DNA of 47,161 bases from the sequence record SRR22947727_961, one strand, 5' to 3'. The notes under the pieces were generated by a model. The model did no database searches. It saw only the letters and a list, made by a program, of their open reading frames with translations, and was not told where the DNA came from. Made by a program: the position numbers and the translations under genes. Shown one piece after another: positions 28,811-39,336 of the stretch; position 1 is the stretch's first letter; every line of letters begins with the position of its first letter.

Positions 28811-29662
28811 ATGGCTCTGACCCATCGCAGCAGCGACTTCGCGCTGGATTCGCCGCCGGGGGATTTCCTCCCACAGGAGATCGAGCTCCGCACCGTCGAT
28901 GGGGTCTGGATCAGCGCAGGATGGGTGCCGAGCCGTTCGGCGGAGGAGTCCAGGGCGACGTTTGTTCTCGCGCACGGGTTCACTGGCAGTTGGCGTGAGC
29001 CTCGAGTTCAGGCGGTCATGGCGCACCTGGCCAGATTCGGAAACGTTCTGGCGATCGATCAGCGAGGACACGGTCGTTCCACGGGACTGTGCACGGTCGG
29101 CATGGACGAGGTGCTCGATGTCGACGCAGCGGTCGGGCACGTGCGCAGAACAAGTCGTGGCGGAGCTGTAGTCACCGTCGGCTTTTCCATGGGAGGCTCG
29201 GTTACGTTGCGGCATGCGGCGCTGGCCCCCGGGAGTGTTCATACCCCCGAGCACCGTCCGGATGCTGTCGTAAGCGTGAGTGCTCCGGGATTCTGGTTCT
29301 ACCGAGGGACCAAAGTGATGCGGTTCGTCCACCGATTGATCGAGAACCCGCTGGGGCGAGCGCTACTGAAGAGGCGCGGTGTGCGGTTGACCTCGAAACC
29401 GTGGCCCGAACCACCGCCGTGGTCGCCGGCGGACAGTGTGCGAAAGATAGGTGACTTTCCATTGCTCGTGGTGCACGGCGACATCGATCACTACTTTCCG
29501 GTGGAGCATGTTCGCGTCCTGGAAGCCGCCGCTGAGAGCGTAGGAAATTCCCAAGCGACGGTCATCGTCGTACCTGGTTTCGCGCACGCTGAGTCGACAG
29601 TGGACCCCGCCACGATGGATTGCGTAGGGAAGTGGGCTCTAGAACATGCCCGCATCTCGTAG
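28811..29662 (+). CDS. Alpha/beta hydrolase
   Basis: AHGFTG, RGHGRS, nucleophile elbow GFSMG, VHGDID, AHAE. Confidence 0.88.
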   Translation: MALTHRSSDFALDSPPGDFLPQEIELRTVDGVWISAGWVPSRSAEESRATFVLAHGFTGSWREPRVQAVMAHLARFGNVLAIDQRGHGRSTGLCTVGMDEVLDVDAAVGHVRRTSRGGAVVTVGFSMGGSVTLRHAALAPGSVHTPEHRPDAVVSVSAPGFWFYRGTKVMRFVHRLIENPLGRALLKRRGVRLTSKPWPEPPPWSPADSVRKIGDFPLLVVHGDIDHYFPVEHVRVLEAAAESVGNSQATVIVVPGFAHAESTVDPATMDCVGKWALEHARIS

Positions 29663-29972
29663 TACCCCGGCATTGCCGGAGGGAACCGTTCTTGGATCGT
29701 CCGCGACGGTCGTGCAATTCTCCAGCGCCTTTTGTCAACCGTGTCGGGCTACTCGGCGGACCGTGCGCGCGGTCGTCGACGACATGGCCACCACTGGCGT
29801 GGCCATCATTGATGTCGATGCCGACGAGAATCTAAATGTTGCGCGAGCCTGGAACATCACTGCGACGCCGACGCTGGTCTTTCTCGATTCCGACGGGTGC
29901 GAGGTGCAGCGCGGTTCTGGGCAGCCGCGGCGGGTAGACGTGATCGCGAGCCTCGGTCGCGCAATCGGGTGA
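29646..29972 (+). CDS. Thioredoxin-like protein (ThiX-like)
   Basis: QFSSAFCQPC, TPTLVFLD. Confidence 0.8.
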   Translation: MPASRSTPALPEGTVLGSSATVVQFSSAFCQPCRATRRTVRAVVDDMATTGVAIIDVDADENLNVARAWNITATPTLVFLDSDGCEVQRGSGQPRRVDVIASLGRAIG

Positions 29973-30036
29973 CGAGATAGCCCGTGGGTGGCGATCCGCC
30001 GGGCACAAGAGCGCTCGGCGGCGCTAGATTCGTCCC

Positions 30037-30138
30037 ATGCTCGAGATCGTCTATACAGGGTTGCTGGTGCTAGCGATCGCCGCGGCGGGATGGTTCTCCT
30101 TCTACGTCGTCTACAAGCTGTTCAAAGGTCAGGGCTGA
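30037..30138 (+). CDS. 33-aa single-TM small protein (below ORF-track cutoff)
   Basis: MLEIVYTGLLVLAIAAAGWFSFYVVYKLFKGQG; TAGATT-N6-ATG leaderless start; ends 8 nt before the next gene. Confidence 0.7.
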   Translation: MLEIVYTGLLVLAIAAAGWFSFYVVYKLFKGQG

Positions 30139-30146
30139 AGACAGCC

Positions 30147-30713
30147 ATGGCGGAGGAGACGACGGCAGCGGAGGAGACGCCGATAATCGCGGGCCTCCCG
30201 AACGAACTCGCCCATCTCGCCTGGCTAATCGGCCGGTGGGTTGGAGTCGGGACGGGGCACTACCCGACGATCGAAGACTTCCGTTTCGGACAAGAGGTGT
30301 CCTTCTCCACCGATGGTCGTCCGTTCTTGACGTACTGGTCACGCAGTTGGTTGCTGGACGAGTCGGGAAACCGAGTTCGCCCCCTGGCAACCGAGGCGGG
30401 TTTCTGGCGAGCTCGTCCCGACAATGGCGTTGAGGTGACCCTCGACCACCCCACTGGTTTCGCCGAGTTGTGGTTCGGGACCGTCGAGGTGACGGGTATC
30501 GAGAACGCCGTCATCACCGGCGCCCGCACATCGCTGAAGACGGATGCCGTCATGCGGACTCCGAGCGCCAAGGAATACACGGCTGGCGAACGGATGTATG
30601 GATTAGTGGACGGCAAGCTGCTGTGGACGTTCGACATGTCCGCGATGGGGCAACCCATGCAAAATCACCTCGCAGCGTCACTGACCTCCGATGTGTCGGT
30701 CGACGGTCAGTAG
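30147..30713 (+). CDS. FABP-like / nitrobindin (DUF1794) protein
   Basis: LAWLIGRWVG.G...YPTI, DGRPFL.Y, E.GFWR, MQNHL. Confidence 0.85.
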   Translation: MAEETTAAEETPIIAGLPNELAHLAWLIGRWVGVGTGHYPTIEDFRFGQEVSFSTDGRPFLTYWSRSWLLDESGNRVRPLATEAGFWRARPDNGVEVTLDHPTGFAELWFGTVEVTGIENAVITGARTSLKTDAVMRTPSAKEYTAGERMYGLVDGKLLWTFDMSAMGQPMQNHLAASLTSDVSVDGQ

Positions 30714-30748
30714 CGATGTCGGGAATGACGGGCGAGCGGGCGGACACG

Positions 30749-31204
30749 ATGACTGACAAGACGACCGAGAACTGGGAGCAGCGGCTTCGAGATAACGGTT
30801 TTCGAATCACGCCTCAGCGCCAGCTGGTCCTCCAGGCGGTCGAGGATCTGCGACATGGAACCCCCGAAGAGATTCTCGCGGAGGTCCAGCACACCGCGTC
30901 CGGGGTGAACCTCTCGACGATCTACCGAACGTTGGAAGTCCTTGAATCCGTGGGTCTGGTGACGCACGCCCACATAGGTCACGGCGCTCCCACGTATCAC
31001 GCGTTAGACGAACACGTGCATATTCACCTGGTGTGCGATCAGTGCAAGAGTGTCGAGTCGGTCCCGGCTGCTGTCGCAGACGCCTTCTGTTCAGATTTGC
31101 GGGACACGTATCGATTCGAGACGGACATTTCGCACGTGTCCATTCACGGACGTTGCTCGGCGTGCGCGGGTACGCCACCGACAGTTTCTGACGTGGAGGA
31201 TTAA
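30749..31204 (+). CDS. nur: Fur-family regulator, Nur (nickel uptake regulator) type
   Basis: RITPQRQLVL, STIYRTLE, THAHIGHGAPTYH, HIHLVC..C; position between the FABP gene and ygfZ as for Streptomyces nur; start may be 30716. Confidence 0.8.
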   Translation: MTDKTTENWEQRLRDNGFRITPQRQLVLQAVEDLRHGTPEEILAEVQHTASGVNLSTIYRTLEVLESVGLVTHAHIGHGAPTYHALDEHVHIHLVCDQCKSVESVPAAVADAFCSDLRDTYRFETDISHVSIHGRCSACAGTPPTVSDVED

Positions 31205-31207
31205 TTC

Positions 31208-32254
31208 ATGGTGGCGGTTGCGGCCCCCGAGGGGGATCTGGACGAGGGTGTTCCGTGGCACTACGGAGACCCGATGGTGGAGCAGCGGGAACTCGCCACC
31301 GGGCGGGCGGCTGTGGATCTGTCGCATTTGGGTGTTGTGCGGGTGAGCGGGCCGGATCGATTGACGTGGCTGCACAGTTTGACGTCTCAACATCTCGAAG
31401 GGCTTCAGCCAGGACGTTCGAGCCTTGCCCTCATCTTGAGTCCACATGGTCACGTCGAATTCGAACTCGCACTCATCGACGAGGATCCCTCAACGTGGAT
31501 CATCTGCAGCCCGAGATCATCACGTGATCTTGCTGGGTACTTGGAGTCGATGAAATTCATGACTCGCGTGGACGTTGAGGATGTGAGTGAGGAGTACGCA
31601 GTCATCTGGGAGCCGGTGTACGACGTCGACCCTTCGTATCCAACGTGGCTGGTGCCCATTGATTTTGCCGGGTCCGGATCGAGCGATGCGGGATTCGATA
31701 AGGGTGGTGACGCCTCCAAGTACGTCTCGCAACGACCGGCCACTCTGATCGGGCGTGAGGTCATCGTCCCCCGAGGCGAACGTGACGCTCGACTAGGCGA
31801 GTGGCCCTCTCGGGCGGGCACGTGGGCGTGGAATGCACTCCGCGTAGCGGCAGCCGTTCCGCGTGTTGGTTTCGAGACGGATCATCGGACGTTGCCGCAT
31901 GAAGTCGGCTGGATCGGATCGGCCGTCCACCTGTCCAAGGGTTGTTACCGGGGTCAGGAAGCGGTCGCGCGTGTGCATAACCTGGGGCACCCGCCCCGGC
32001 GTCTTGCGCTGGTGCACCTCGATGGATCCGTTGACGAGTTGCCGGCGCACGGCGCCAGCGTCACAGCCGATGGACGTGAGATCGGATGGGTCGCATCGAG
32101 CGCCCATCATTTCGAGGAGGGTCCCATCGCGACCGTCGTCGTGAAGCGGTCGACACCCACCGACGCCATCCTGCACATCGCGCTATCAGCCAACCCCGAT
32201 GACGAGTCACCCGTGTCTGTGCTGGGTAGCCAAACGCCCGTTGTTTCGGCGTAG
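31208..32254 (+). CDS. ygfZ: Folate-binding YgfZ/GcvT-like protein
   Basis: WHYGDP..EQR, KGCYRGQE motif. Confidence 0.9.
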   Translation: MVAVAAPEGDLDEGVPWHYGDPMVEQRELATGRAAVDLSHLGVVRVSGPDRLTWLHSLTSQHLEGLQPGRSSLALILSPHGHVEFELALIDEDPSTWIICSPRSSRDLAGYLESMKFMTRVDVEDVSEEYAVIWEPVYDVDPSYPTWLVPIDFAGSGSSDAGFDKGGDASKYVSQRPATLIGREVIVPRGERDARLGEWPSRAGTWAWNALRVAAAVPRVGFETDHRTLPHEVGWIGSAVHLSKGCYRGQEAVARVHNLGHPPRRLALVHLDGSVDELPAHGASVTADGREIGWVASSAHHFEEGPIATVVVKRSTPTDAILHIALSANPDDESPVSVLGSQTPVVSA

Positions 32255-32299
32255 TCGCATCTGTCGGCCCGGCGCCGCAGCTAGCCCGGCGATGGAGCT

Positions 32300-32770
32300 C
32301 TAAATCTCCAGGCTGATGGTGACCGGCCCGTCGTTGGTGAAGGTGACCTGCATGTCTGCTCCGAAGCGACCGGTCGAGACCGGGGCGCCGAGGCTGGTGA
32401 ACGCTGCCGCCACCGCATCGATAATCGGTTCCGCGACAGATCCGGGTGCCGCTTGGTCCCACGTCGGCCGTCGGCCCTTGCTTGTTTCCGCGTATAACGT
32501 GAACTGGCTGACGATGAGTACGGGCAGTTCGAGGTCTCGGGCGGAAACTTCACGCGGAGCCGACGGTGCCAAGCAGGTGGCGTCGGAGGCGTGTCGATGC
32601 TCGAAGATCCTTAATCCGTAAACCTTGTCTGCGAGTCTTGCAACTGTGGCAGCGTCATCGCCGTGGGTGACGCCGACGAGAAGAACAATGCCCGGTCCAT
32701 CGAAAGACCCCACGACCTCTCCGCCGACGGTCACGCGTGCGTCCGCGGCGCGTTGGAGAATTGCCCGCAT
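32300..32770 (-). CDS. dtd: D-aminoacyl-tRNA deacylase
   Basis: MRAILQR, LRIF, SQFTL, GRRP, FGADM, NDGPVT. Confidence 0.95.
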   Translation of the reverse strand: MRAILQRAADARVTVGGEVVGSFDGPGIVLLVGVTHGDDAATVARLADKVYGLRIFEHRHASDATCLAPSAPREVSARDLELPVLIVSQFTLYAETSKGRRPTWDQAAPGSVAEPIIDAVAAAFTSLGAPVSTGRFGADMQVTFTNDGPVTISLEI

Positions 32771-32824
32771 AGTTACAGCGTGCCACGCAGGCCTGCCCTC
32801 ACTGGTGCGGCCTAGTTTCTGACC

Positions 32825-34039
32825 GTGGGCCAATCTCCCTTCGAGCAGAACCCGTCGGATCCGCCGAGCCGCCTGCAGCGATCGCTCGGACTCGGATCGG
32901 CCGTCGTGGTGGGTGTCAGCGCCATGGTCGGCACCGGTGTGTTCGCGGTCTGGCAGGGCGCACTCGAGCGTTCCGGCCGTTGGCTCGTGGCCGCTGTCGT
33001 GCTGGCGGCCGTGGTTGCCGCACTGAACGCGACGTCGACGGCTCGATTGGCTGCCCGGCATCCGGAAGCCGGCGGCGTTTACGCGTACGGACGCATCTAC
33101 CTCGGACGCCCCGTTGGTGTTGTGGCGGGTCTGGTCTTCATCGTCGGCAAGACAGCATCGGCCTCGGCGGCGGCCTTGACCATTGGTCTGTACGTCTGGC
33201 CGCAGCGCACAACACAGGTTGCACTCGGCGCCATCGTGATCGCCCTTGTCATGAATATTCGAGGACTTGTTCGTTCGACGCGGGTAGCGGCGGTCATGGT
33301 GATTTTCGTGGGCATTGCACTCGGCGCTTTCGTCATCAGTTCGGGACTGACGCTGGCGACACGTTCGGTGGAGTCCAGTCCATCCATACCTGGGGCCGAG
33401 CCAATGGGCATCCTCGCGGCAGCGGGTTTGGTCTTTGTGGCCTTCGCGGGGTATGCGCGCATCACGGTGCTCGGCGAAGAGGTGAAGAATCCACGGCGCA
33501 CGATTCCACGGGCGATTGCCGTGTCCTTCGCGATGGTCTTGTTTGCCTATGTCCTTGTGGCCTTTGTTGTCCTATCCGCCGATCGCGCCGGAGTGACGAT
33601 CGGCCCGGCAGCCCTCGACGACATTGCCCGTGCGCTCGCTCCATCGTGGGTGGTCACGATGGTGGTGGTGGGTTCGGTGCTGGGCGCCGGTGCCGTTTTG
33701 TGGAGTCTTATCGCGGGTGTGGGCAGGACCGTTTTCGCCATGGCGTCCCGCGGTGACGCGCCGCGATTCTTTGCCGCCGCCGGCCGGCGCAGCCGGATTC
33801 CGATTCGAGCTGAAGTGGCAGCAGCACTCGCCACCAGCGTGCTGGTGATTGCCGGAGGTTTGACGCTGGCACTCGTGGTATCCGCAGCGATGATCTTGAC
33901 CTACTACTCAATCGCGCACGTATCCGCGCTGCGTCTTGCCGGAGAAGGGGGATCGGCTTCCCGGGCCGGTCGGGTAGCCGCGGTGCTCGGTCTTGTCGGG
34001 TGCGTGGGACTCGTAGCGGGGCTGCTGGTGTGGGCGTGA
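32825..34039 (+). CDS. APC-family amino acid permease
   Basis: MVGTGVF, PEAGGVYAY, FVAFAGYARITVLGEEVKNP. Confidence 0.88.
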   Translation: MGQSPFEQNPSDPPSRLQRSLGLGSAVVVGVSAMVGTGVFAVWQGALERSGRWLVAAVVLAAVVAALNATSTARLAARHPEAGGVYAYGRIYLGRPVGVVAGLVFIVGKTASASAAALTIGLYVWPQRTTQVALGAIVIALVMNIRGLVRSTRVAAVMVIFVGIALGAFVISSGLTLATRSVESSPSIPGAEPMGILAAAGLVFVAFAGYARITVLGEEVKNPRRTIPRAIAVSFAMVLFAYVLVAFVVLSADRAGVTIGPAALDDIARALAPSWVVTMVVVGSVLGAGAVLWSLIAGVGRTVFAMASRGDAPRFFAAAGRRSRIPIRAEVAAALATSVLVIAGGLTLALVVSAAMILTYYSIAHVSALRLAGEGGSASRAGRVAAVLGLVGCVGLVAGLLVWA

Positions 34040-34049
34040 CGAAGGTCAC

Positions 34050-34087
34050 GCTCGCTGCTGCAAGCACCCGCGCTTGCATTTGCAAGC
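34050..34087. promoter_or_regulatory. Tandem palindromic operators GCTTGCA-N2-TGCAAGC upstream of the XRE gene
   Basis: Perfect half-sites at 34072-34087 and a degenerate copy 22 bp upstream (34050-34065), covering the -35 region of a CATACT-N6-ATG promoter. Confidence 0.6.
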
Positions 34088-34108
34088 AATCTGTTTCATA
34101 CTAAGAAT

Positions 34109-34519
34109 ATGGCCAAAATCGAGGTATCTGGACTCGGGGGATTCATCCGCGAGCAACGGGACCAAGCCCAGATGTCACTGCGCCAGTTGGCCAAGGCGGC
34201 TGAGGTGTCGAACCCCTATCTGAGTCAGGTGGAGCGCGGCCTTCGGAAGCCGAGTGCGGAGATCCTCGGGCGGATCGCCCAAGGCTTGCGGATCTCAGCA
34301 GAGAGCCTGTACGTGCAAGCCGGCATTCTCGACGAGAGAGAAGGGGACGAGGCGGTTACCACCGCTATCGCGGCGGACCCCACCCTCACGGAGCGGCAGC
34401 GCACCACGTTGCTGCAGATCTACGCCGCATTCCAAGCGGAGAACTCCTCCGCTGGGAAATCACACAACAACGAACAGGCTGAAGAACCGGCCGTTCCCGA
34501 GAACAAGGACGCATCATGA
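34109..34519 (+). CDS. XRE-family HTH regulator (Rv0474-like)
   Basis: LGGFIREQR, SLRQLA, VSNPYLSQVERGLRKPSAEIL. Confidence 0.9.
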   Translation: MAKIEVSGLGGFIREQRDQAQMSLRQLAKAAEVSNPYLSQVERGLRKPSAEILGRIAQGLRISAESLYVQAGILDEREGDEAVTTAIAADPTLTERQRTTLLQIYAAFQAENSSAGKSHNNEQAEEPAVPENKDAS

Positions 34520-34983
34520 CCGAAAACACCACACCGAAGAAGGCAACCACCAGCACCACGACCCCGAAGAAGAAGGTCGCTAAGAAGACAACGAGCAAGG
34601 CCAGCCAGAAGACGACGTCCGCCCCGACCACGATGGCCGCCAGCGCAAAGTCCACGGCATCGAAGGTTGCCTCCTCCGCAGCGAATGCTGCTTCGTCCAC
34701 CGTGTCGGCGTTGCCGTTCGACGTGCCGAAGGTCGAGATCCCGAAGGTCGAGATCCCGAAGGTCGAGCTGCCCAAGCTCCCGACGTTCACGCTGCCGTCC
34801 ATGCCGTCGCTGCCGTCGATCGATTTCGGATCGCTCGAGGTGCCTTCGAGTGTTACTGCAGCATCCGAACGCAGCCGTGCATTCGTCGAAGATTCGATGA
34901 AGGCCGCCTCCCAGCAAGCCGAGTCCTTGAGCAAGAACGTCAAGGAGACCGTCGTACTCGTCCGCGAGGCTGTTGGAGTCTAA
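34516..34983 (+). CDS. Lys/Thr/Ser/Ala-rich protein in the hbhA slot
   Basis: ATGA-coupled to the XRE gene and upstream of DUF2516; N-terminal KK-rich tract, PKVEI repeats, C-terminal helix. Confidence 0.75.
   Translation: MTENTTPKKATTSTTTPKKKVAKKTTSKASQKTTSAPTTMAASAKSTASKVASSAANAASSTVSALPFDVPKVEIPKVEIPKVELPKLPTFTLPSMPSLPSIDFGSLEVPSSVTAASERSRAFVEDSMKAASQQAESLSKNVKETVVLVREAVGV
34726..34770 (+). repeat. 15-bp in-frame tandem repeat x3 (PKVEI/PKVEL)
   Basis: CCGAAGGTCGAGATC twice, then CCGAAGGTCGAGCTG. Confidence 0.9.
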
Positions 34984-35020
34984 GTTCGACAAGTGCATCA
35001 TTCGCACTTCACGCGACTGT

Positions 35021-35058
35021 CAGCGTGGGCGTCACGATCGTCGATGGCGCCCACGTTG
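35021..35058 (+). terminator. Stem-loop after the hbhA-slot gene
   Basis: CAGCGTGGGCGTCA ... TGGCGCCCACGTTG with G-U pairs, followed by TGTGTTCT. Confidence 0.6.
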
Positions 35059-35089
35059 TGTGTTCTGATCGAGCAGGTACCGTAGCCGC

Positions 35090-35371
35090 ATGTTCGGTGC
35101 CGTCCAAAACGTTGTTGTCCTCGCCCTCTGGGTTGTGCTCCTCGCGCTCAAAGGCTTCGCGTTCGTCGATTGCCTAAGAGCCCCGGGCGCGGTCTTTCCC
35201 TCCATCGGGCGACAGACCAAGATTTTGTGGCTGGTTCTCACCGGTTTGGCTTTGCTGACCGGTCTCGTCCCGAATCTGACACTCAGTTTGTTCGGTATTG
35301 CCGGAGCCGTCATCGCACTTATCTATCTCTTCGATATCCGGCCGCGCATCAAATCCATCAACGGCCCGTGA
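35090..35371 (+). CDS. DUF2516 family membrane protein
   Basis: AFVDC...F..IGRQTK..W, YLFDIRP; synteny. Confidence 0.82.
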   Translation: MFGAVQNVVVLALWVVLLALKGFAFVDCLRAPGAVFPSIGRQTKILWLVLTGLALLTGLVPNLTLSLFGIAGAVIALIYLFDIRPRIKSINGP

Positions 35372-35384
35372 GTTACCCATTGAC

Positions 35385-35906
35385 GTGATCGACGTCGTCT
35401 GTGGTGACATCACAGAAATGGCCGCGGATGCGATCGTCAACGCGGCCCAGTCCTCGCTTCTGGGTGGGGGTGGTGTCGATGGGGCGATCCATGCGGCCGC
35501 GGGCCCGAGCCTTCTGGCTGAATGTCACGAGGTGAGGCGGCGGGATCTCCCCGACGGCTTGCCACCGGGTGAGGCCATGGTGACCGGGGCGGGGGACCTA
35601 CCCGCACGATTTGTCATCCACACGGTCGGCCCGAAGTTCTGGGAGTACCCCGATGGGGGCGTGCACGTGCTTGCCCGCTCCCATGCGGCGTCGATGGCTG
35701 CGGCTCACGCAGTCGGAGCGAGAGACATTGCTTTTCCCGCCATTTCCTGCGGGGTGTATGGCTGGGATCCAGTCAATGCTGCACCGATCGCGGTGCGGGC
35801 CGTCCGAGAATCTCTGCTACAAGCACCGTGCGTGCGCGCTGTGACGTTCGTGTTGTTCAACGACGACGCCTTCGACGCCTTTCGACAAGCCCTAGACGGG
35901 GGATGA
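35385..35906 (+). CDS. Macro-domain O-acetyl-ADP-ribose deacetylase
   Basis: GDIT, IVNAA.SSLLGGGGVDGAIH, VIHTVGP, AFPAISCGVYG; start uncertain. Confidence 0.9.
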   Translation: MIDVVCGDITEMAADAIVNAAQSSLLGGGGVDGAIHAAAGPSLLAECHEVRRRDLPDGLPPGEAMVTGAGDLPARFVIHTVGPKFWEYPDGGVHVLARSHAASMAAAHAVGARDIAFPAISCGVYGWDPVNAAPIAVRAVRESLLQAPCVRAVTFVLFNDDAFDAFRQALDGG

Positions 35907-36647
35907 CCCCGTCGCATCCTCGAGAGCAACGCGAATGCGACGAAAGCCCTTGCCCTTGTTCTCCACCTTGAGGACGCGAATCGCCCCAATCTGTTGAGTT
36001 GACGCGACGTGGGTACCACCGTCGGCCTGAACGTCGAGGCCCTTGATGTCGACGATTCGCACGATCTCGATCTCGGCTGGCAACAGATTGGTGGCCGTGC
36101 GGATGACGTCCGGAATCTCGAAGGCCTCGGCGCGGGAGAGCTCGTAGGCCTCGATTGCACGGTCGGCGGTGACCTCGACGTTGCAGGCATCTTCGACTGC
36201 CTCTTTGAAGCCAGGTGGAACCTCCTCGAGGTTGAAATCCAAGCGACCGGTGAGAGGGTCCATGTTGGAACCGGTCACAAGAGCGCCGAAGTCTCGAAAC
36301 ACAACTCCCGACAACAGGTGCAGCCCGGAGTGGGTGCGCATAAGCGCGGTGCGTCGCTCGTCCTCCAACGCTCCACGAACGGGTGTGCCCGAGTGAGGAA
36401 TCGGATCGCCGTCGGCGGGAATCAAGCGAATGTCGTCCCCGCGTCGAGCACCAACGATGGTGGTCTGCACCCCTGACCACAGCAGAACTCCGTGATCAGG
36501 AGGTTGCCCACCGCCGCCGGGATAGAAGGCGGACCTGTCCAGCACGATGCCGCTGTCGTCGACGTCGAGAACTGTGGCCTGCCACTCGCGAAGAGTCGAA
36601 TCGAGGAGATCGAGTCGCTCGGTGTGCTGATGCGCGGGTTGGTTCAC
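35892..36647 (-). CDS. AlaX alanyl-tRNA editing protein
   Basis: [27 protein letters not shown]. Confidence 0.9.
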   Translation of the reverse strand: MNQPAHQHTERLDLLDSTLREWQATVLDVDDSGIVLDRSAFYPGGGGQPPDHGVLLWSGVQTTIVGARRGDDIRLIPADGDPIPHSGTPVRGALEDERRTALMRTHSGLHLLSGVVFRDFGALVTGSNMDPLTGRLDFNLEEVPPGFKEAVEDACNVEVTADRAIEAYELSRAEAFEIPDVIRTATNLLPAEIEIVRIVDIKGLDVQADGGTHVASTQQIGAIRVLKVENKGKGFRRIRVALEDATGSSPV

Positions 36648-37405
36648 GCTTTGCCCTGGGCGGCAACGGCTGCAGCGGCGGTGGCTGCTGCGTCGGGATC
36701 GAGGTATTCACCGCCGGGTACAACGGGTCGAAGATTCCCGTCGAGGCGATACACCAGCGGTATGCCGGTGGGGATGTTGACGCCCGCGATGTCCGTATCG
36801 GAGATGTCGTCCAGGTGCTTGACCATCGCGCGCAGGGAGTTTCCGTGGGCGGCGACGAGGACGGTGCGACCTGCACGCAGGTCATCGGCGACAAGCACGT
36901 CCTCCCAATACGGGATAAGGCGACGGACGACATCCGCGAGACATTCGGTTGCGGGGCGGGCCTCAGGGGGTAGCGCGGCGTACCGGGGATCGTTGGTTTG
37001 TGCGAACGGATCGTCCGGCTCGATAGGCGGAGGGGGAACGTCGTAGCTACGCCGCCAGAGCATGAATTGTTCCTCGCCGTATTCAGCGAGTGTTTCCTTC
37101 TTGTCTTTGCCTTGAAGTGCCCCGTAATGGCGCTCGTTCAATCGCCACGTGCGTCGGACGGGAATCCACTGTCGGTTCGCAGCTTCGAGCGCCAACTGAC
37201 TGGTGCGAATAGCACGGGTGAGCAGCGATGTGTGGACGACGTCGGGGAGCAGACCTGAACTTGCCAAGAGTTCACCGCCCCGGGTTGCTTCCTGCCTTCC
37301 GGTGTCGGTCAGATCGACATCCACCCAGCCGGTGAACAGGTTCTTGGCGTTCCATTCGCTTTCGCCGTGACGCAGCAAGATCAGCGTGGAAGTGTTCGTC
37401 GTCAT
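36644..37405 (-). CDS. gpmA: 2,3-BPG-dependent phosphoglycerate mutase
   Basis: [29 protein letters not shown]. Confidence 0.96.
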   Translation of the reverse strand: MTTNTSTLILLRHGESEWNAKNLFTGWVDVDLTDTGRQEATRGGELLASSGLLPDVVHTSLLTRAIRTSQLALEAANRQWIPVRRTWRLNERHYGALQGKDKKETLAEYGEEQFMLWRRSYDVPPPPIEPDDPFAQTNDPRYAALPPEARPATECLADVVRRLIPYWEDVLVADDLRAGRTVLVAAHGNSLRAMVKHLDDISDTDIAGVNIPTGIPLVYRLDGNLRPVVPGGEYLDPDAAATAAAAVAAQGKA

Positions 37406-37463
37406 GGCGCAATTCTGCCCGATGGTCCGGGAACGCCTGCTCCACCTCGTCCGGCTAGGCGCG

Positions 37464-37994
37464 CTATTGGCCCTGGTCTGGCCTCTTCGACTGGTCTGAC
37501 TGGTCCGGGTCGGCCAGGTGGGCGAAGGCTGCGAGGTTGTCCGTTGGGAGGCCGGCCTTGGTTCTCCACTGCCACTCCCGGCGTATGGCCGTTACGAAAC
37601 CGACCTCGAGCAGTGAGTTGAAGGCTCCGTCGGCGTACTCGCTGATGGCTCCGAAGATGCGGTCCAGCTCCGCGTCGGTGATGGCGTCCAGGGGGAATCG
37701 TCCGGTCAAATAGATATCGCCGTGGTGATCAATGCTGTAGGCCAAGCCGTACATTCGGCGATTGCGCTCCAAGAGCCATCGGTAGACCGCGAGATCGTTC
37801 TCGTCGGGGTGTCGGATGACAAAGGCATTGACGGTGACAGTCGTGTCACCGAAGGCGAAAGACGCCGTCGTGGTGAGTTTCTTCTCCCCAGGAACGACGA
37901 CCGCGATGGTGGTCTCGTTGACCTCTTCGAAGTCGAGTGCGTGGGCATGCAGAAACTTCTCGAGATGCGCGCGACCGGAGTGACGATCAGTCAT
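37464..37994 (-). CDS. YbjN-domain protein
   Basis: [31 protein letters not shown]; usual mshA-gpmA context. Confidence 0.82.
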   Translation of the reverse strand: MTDRHSGRAHLEKFLHAHALDFEEVNETTIAVVVPGEKKLTTTASFAFGDTTVTVNAFVIRHPDENDLAVYRWLLERNRRMYGLAYSIDHHGDIYLTGRFPLDAITDAELDRIFGAISEYADGAFNSLLEVGFVTAIRREWQWRTKAGLPTDNLAAFAHLADPDQSDQSKRPDQGQ

Positions 37995-39336
37995 GGGATC
38001 GGTGGGTCGCGGCGAGATCAATCCCCGTGAAGTGCTCGCGCGCCGCCCGGTAAGTGTCGAGAAGACCTGCGGTGGTGTGTTGCCATCCGAACGTGCTGGC
38101 GTGGGCCACCGCGCCATGCGAAAGCTCGCGCAACCGAATTCGATTGTCTGCCAGCTGAGCTATTACCCGGGCGTAGTCGTCTGGGTTGTGACCCTCCACC
38201 AGAACGCCACTGACCTGGTCGGCGACCGCGGTGCGCAACCCACCGACGTTGGCAGCCACGACGGGAGTTCCACATGCCTGGGATTCCGCCGCAACGAGCC
38301 CGAAAGATTCCGAGTACGAGGGCACAACCGTGAGGTCGGCGGCACGGAAGAGATCCGCTAGGTGCTCCCGAGACGTCGGCGTGAGGAAAGTGACTTTGTC
38401 GAGAACTCCGAGATCTCGTGCTAGGTCCTCCAGCGCCGTCGGCCGGTCCAGGCCCGAGCCAGACGGACCTCCGCACACGACGGCGCGTACGGGTAGGTCT
38501 GGACGGTCGGTCCGTAATGACGCCAATGCGCGAATCAGCAGATCCGGAGCCTTCAGGGGTTGGATACGGCCGACGAACAGCAGCACGAACTCCTCGTGGC
38601 CAATCCCCGCCTCGACCCGGACCGAACCACGGTCACGTGCTGTGGGGTGCGGTGAGAAGACGTCGAGGTCCACTCCCGGATGGACGACGTCGACCCGTGC
38701 CGGATCGGCCCCGTAGAGCTCGATGAGCTGGCGGGCCTCGTCATCGGTGTTCGCGGTCAGCCGACTCGCGGCGTCCACGACCTGCTGCTCTCCGATAGTC
38801 CGGATGTTCGGTTCGGGTGTGTCTCCCTCGGCGAGTTCGAGGTTCTTTACCTTGGCCATCGTGTGCATGGAGTGCACGAGAGGGATGCGCCAGCGCTCGG
38901 ACGCGAGCCATCCCACCTGACCACTGAGCCAGTAGTGCGAGTGGATGAGGTCGTACCAGCCTTCGGGTCGGCTCGCCTCGACCCGCATAACGCCGGAAGT
39001 CATGGCACACAGCTGGCCCGGGAGGTCTTGCTTGGCCAATCCCTCGAAGGGACCTGCCGTGATGTGTCGGACCAGAACCCCGGGGGCCAGCTCGACAGTT
39101 GACGGAAGAGCCGACGACGTTCCTCGGGTGAAGATCTCGACTTCCGTACCTGCCTCGGCGAGACGCCGTGCTGTCTCTACGACGTAGACGTTCATGCCAC
39201 CGGCATCACCGGTGCCGGGCTGGTCGAGTGGGGAGGTGTGCGCGGAGAGCATCGCCACGCGTCGGGGGTTGGGTGTATCGCCGTGCCCGCTTGTCACCGC
39301 ACGGTCGGATGACCGCAGCGGGTGGACGGAAGCCAT
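37987..39336 (-). CDS. mshA: D-inositol-3-phosphate glycosyltransferase
   Basis: [45 protein letters not shown]. Confidence 0.96.
   Translation of the reverse strand: MASVHPLRSSDRAVTSGHGDTPNPRRVAMLSAHTSPLDQPGTGDAGGMNVYVVETARRLAEAGTEVEIFTRGTSSALPSTVELAPGVLVRHITAGPFEGLAKQDLPGQLCAMTSGVMRVEASRPEGWYDLIHSHYWLSGQVGWLASERWRIPLVHSMHTMAKVKNLELAEGDTPEPNIRTIGEQQVVDAASRLTANTDDEARQLIELYGADPARVDVVHPGVDLDVFSPHPTARDRGSVRVEAGIGHEEFVLLFVGRIQPLKAPDLLIRALASLRTDRPDLPVRAVVCGGPSGSGLDRPTALEDLARDLGVLDKVTFLTPTSREHLADLFRAADLTVVPSYSESFGLVAAESQACGTPVVAANVGGLRTAVADQVSGVLVEGHNPDDYARVIAQLADNRIRLRELSHGAVAHASTFGWQHTTAGLLDTYRAAREHFTGIDLAATHRSHD

Noticed and set aside
28691-29332. Long N-terminal extension of glnR in the ORF track (likewise for hmuV, CHAD, ppk1, dtd, nur, ispD, cysS)
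   Set aside because: The extensions overlap genuine neighbouring genes; family motifs and SD/-10 signals support the shorter starts.
32550-32605. Short insertion in Dtd after LRIF
   Set aside because: Falls in a variable loop; catalytic SQFTL and GP motifs are intact.
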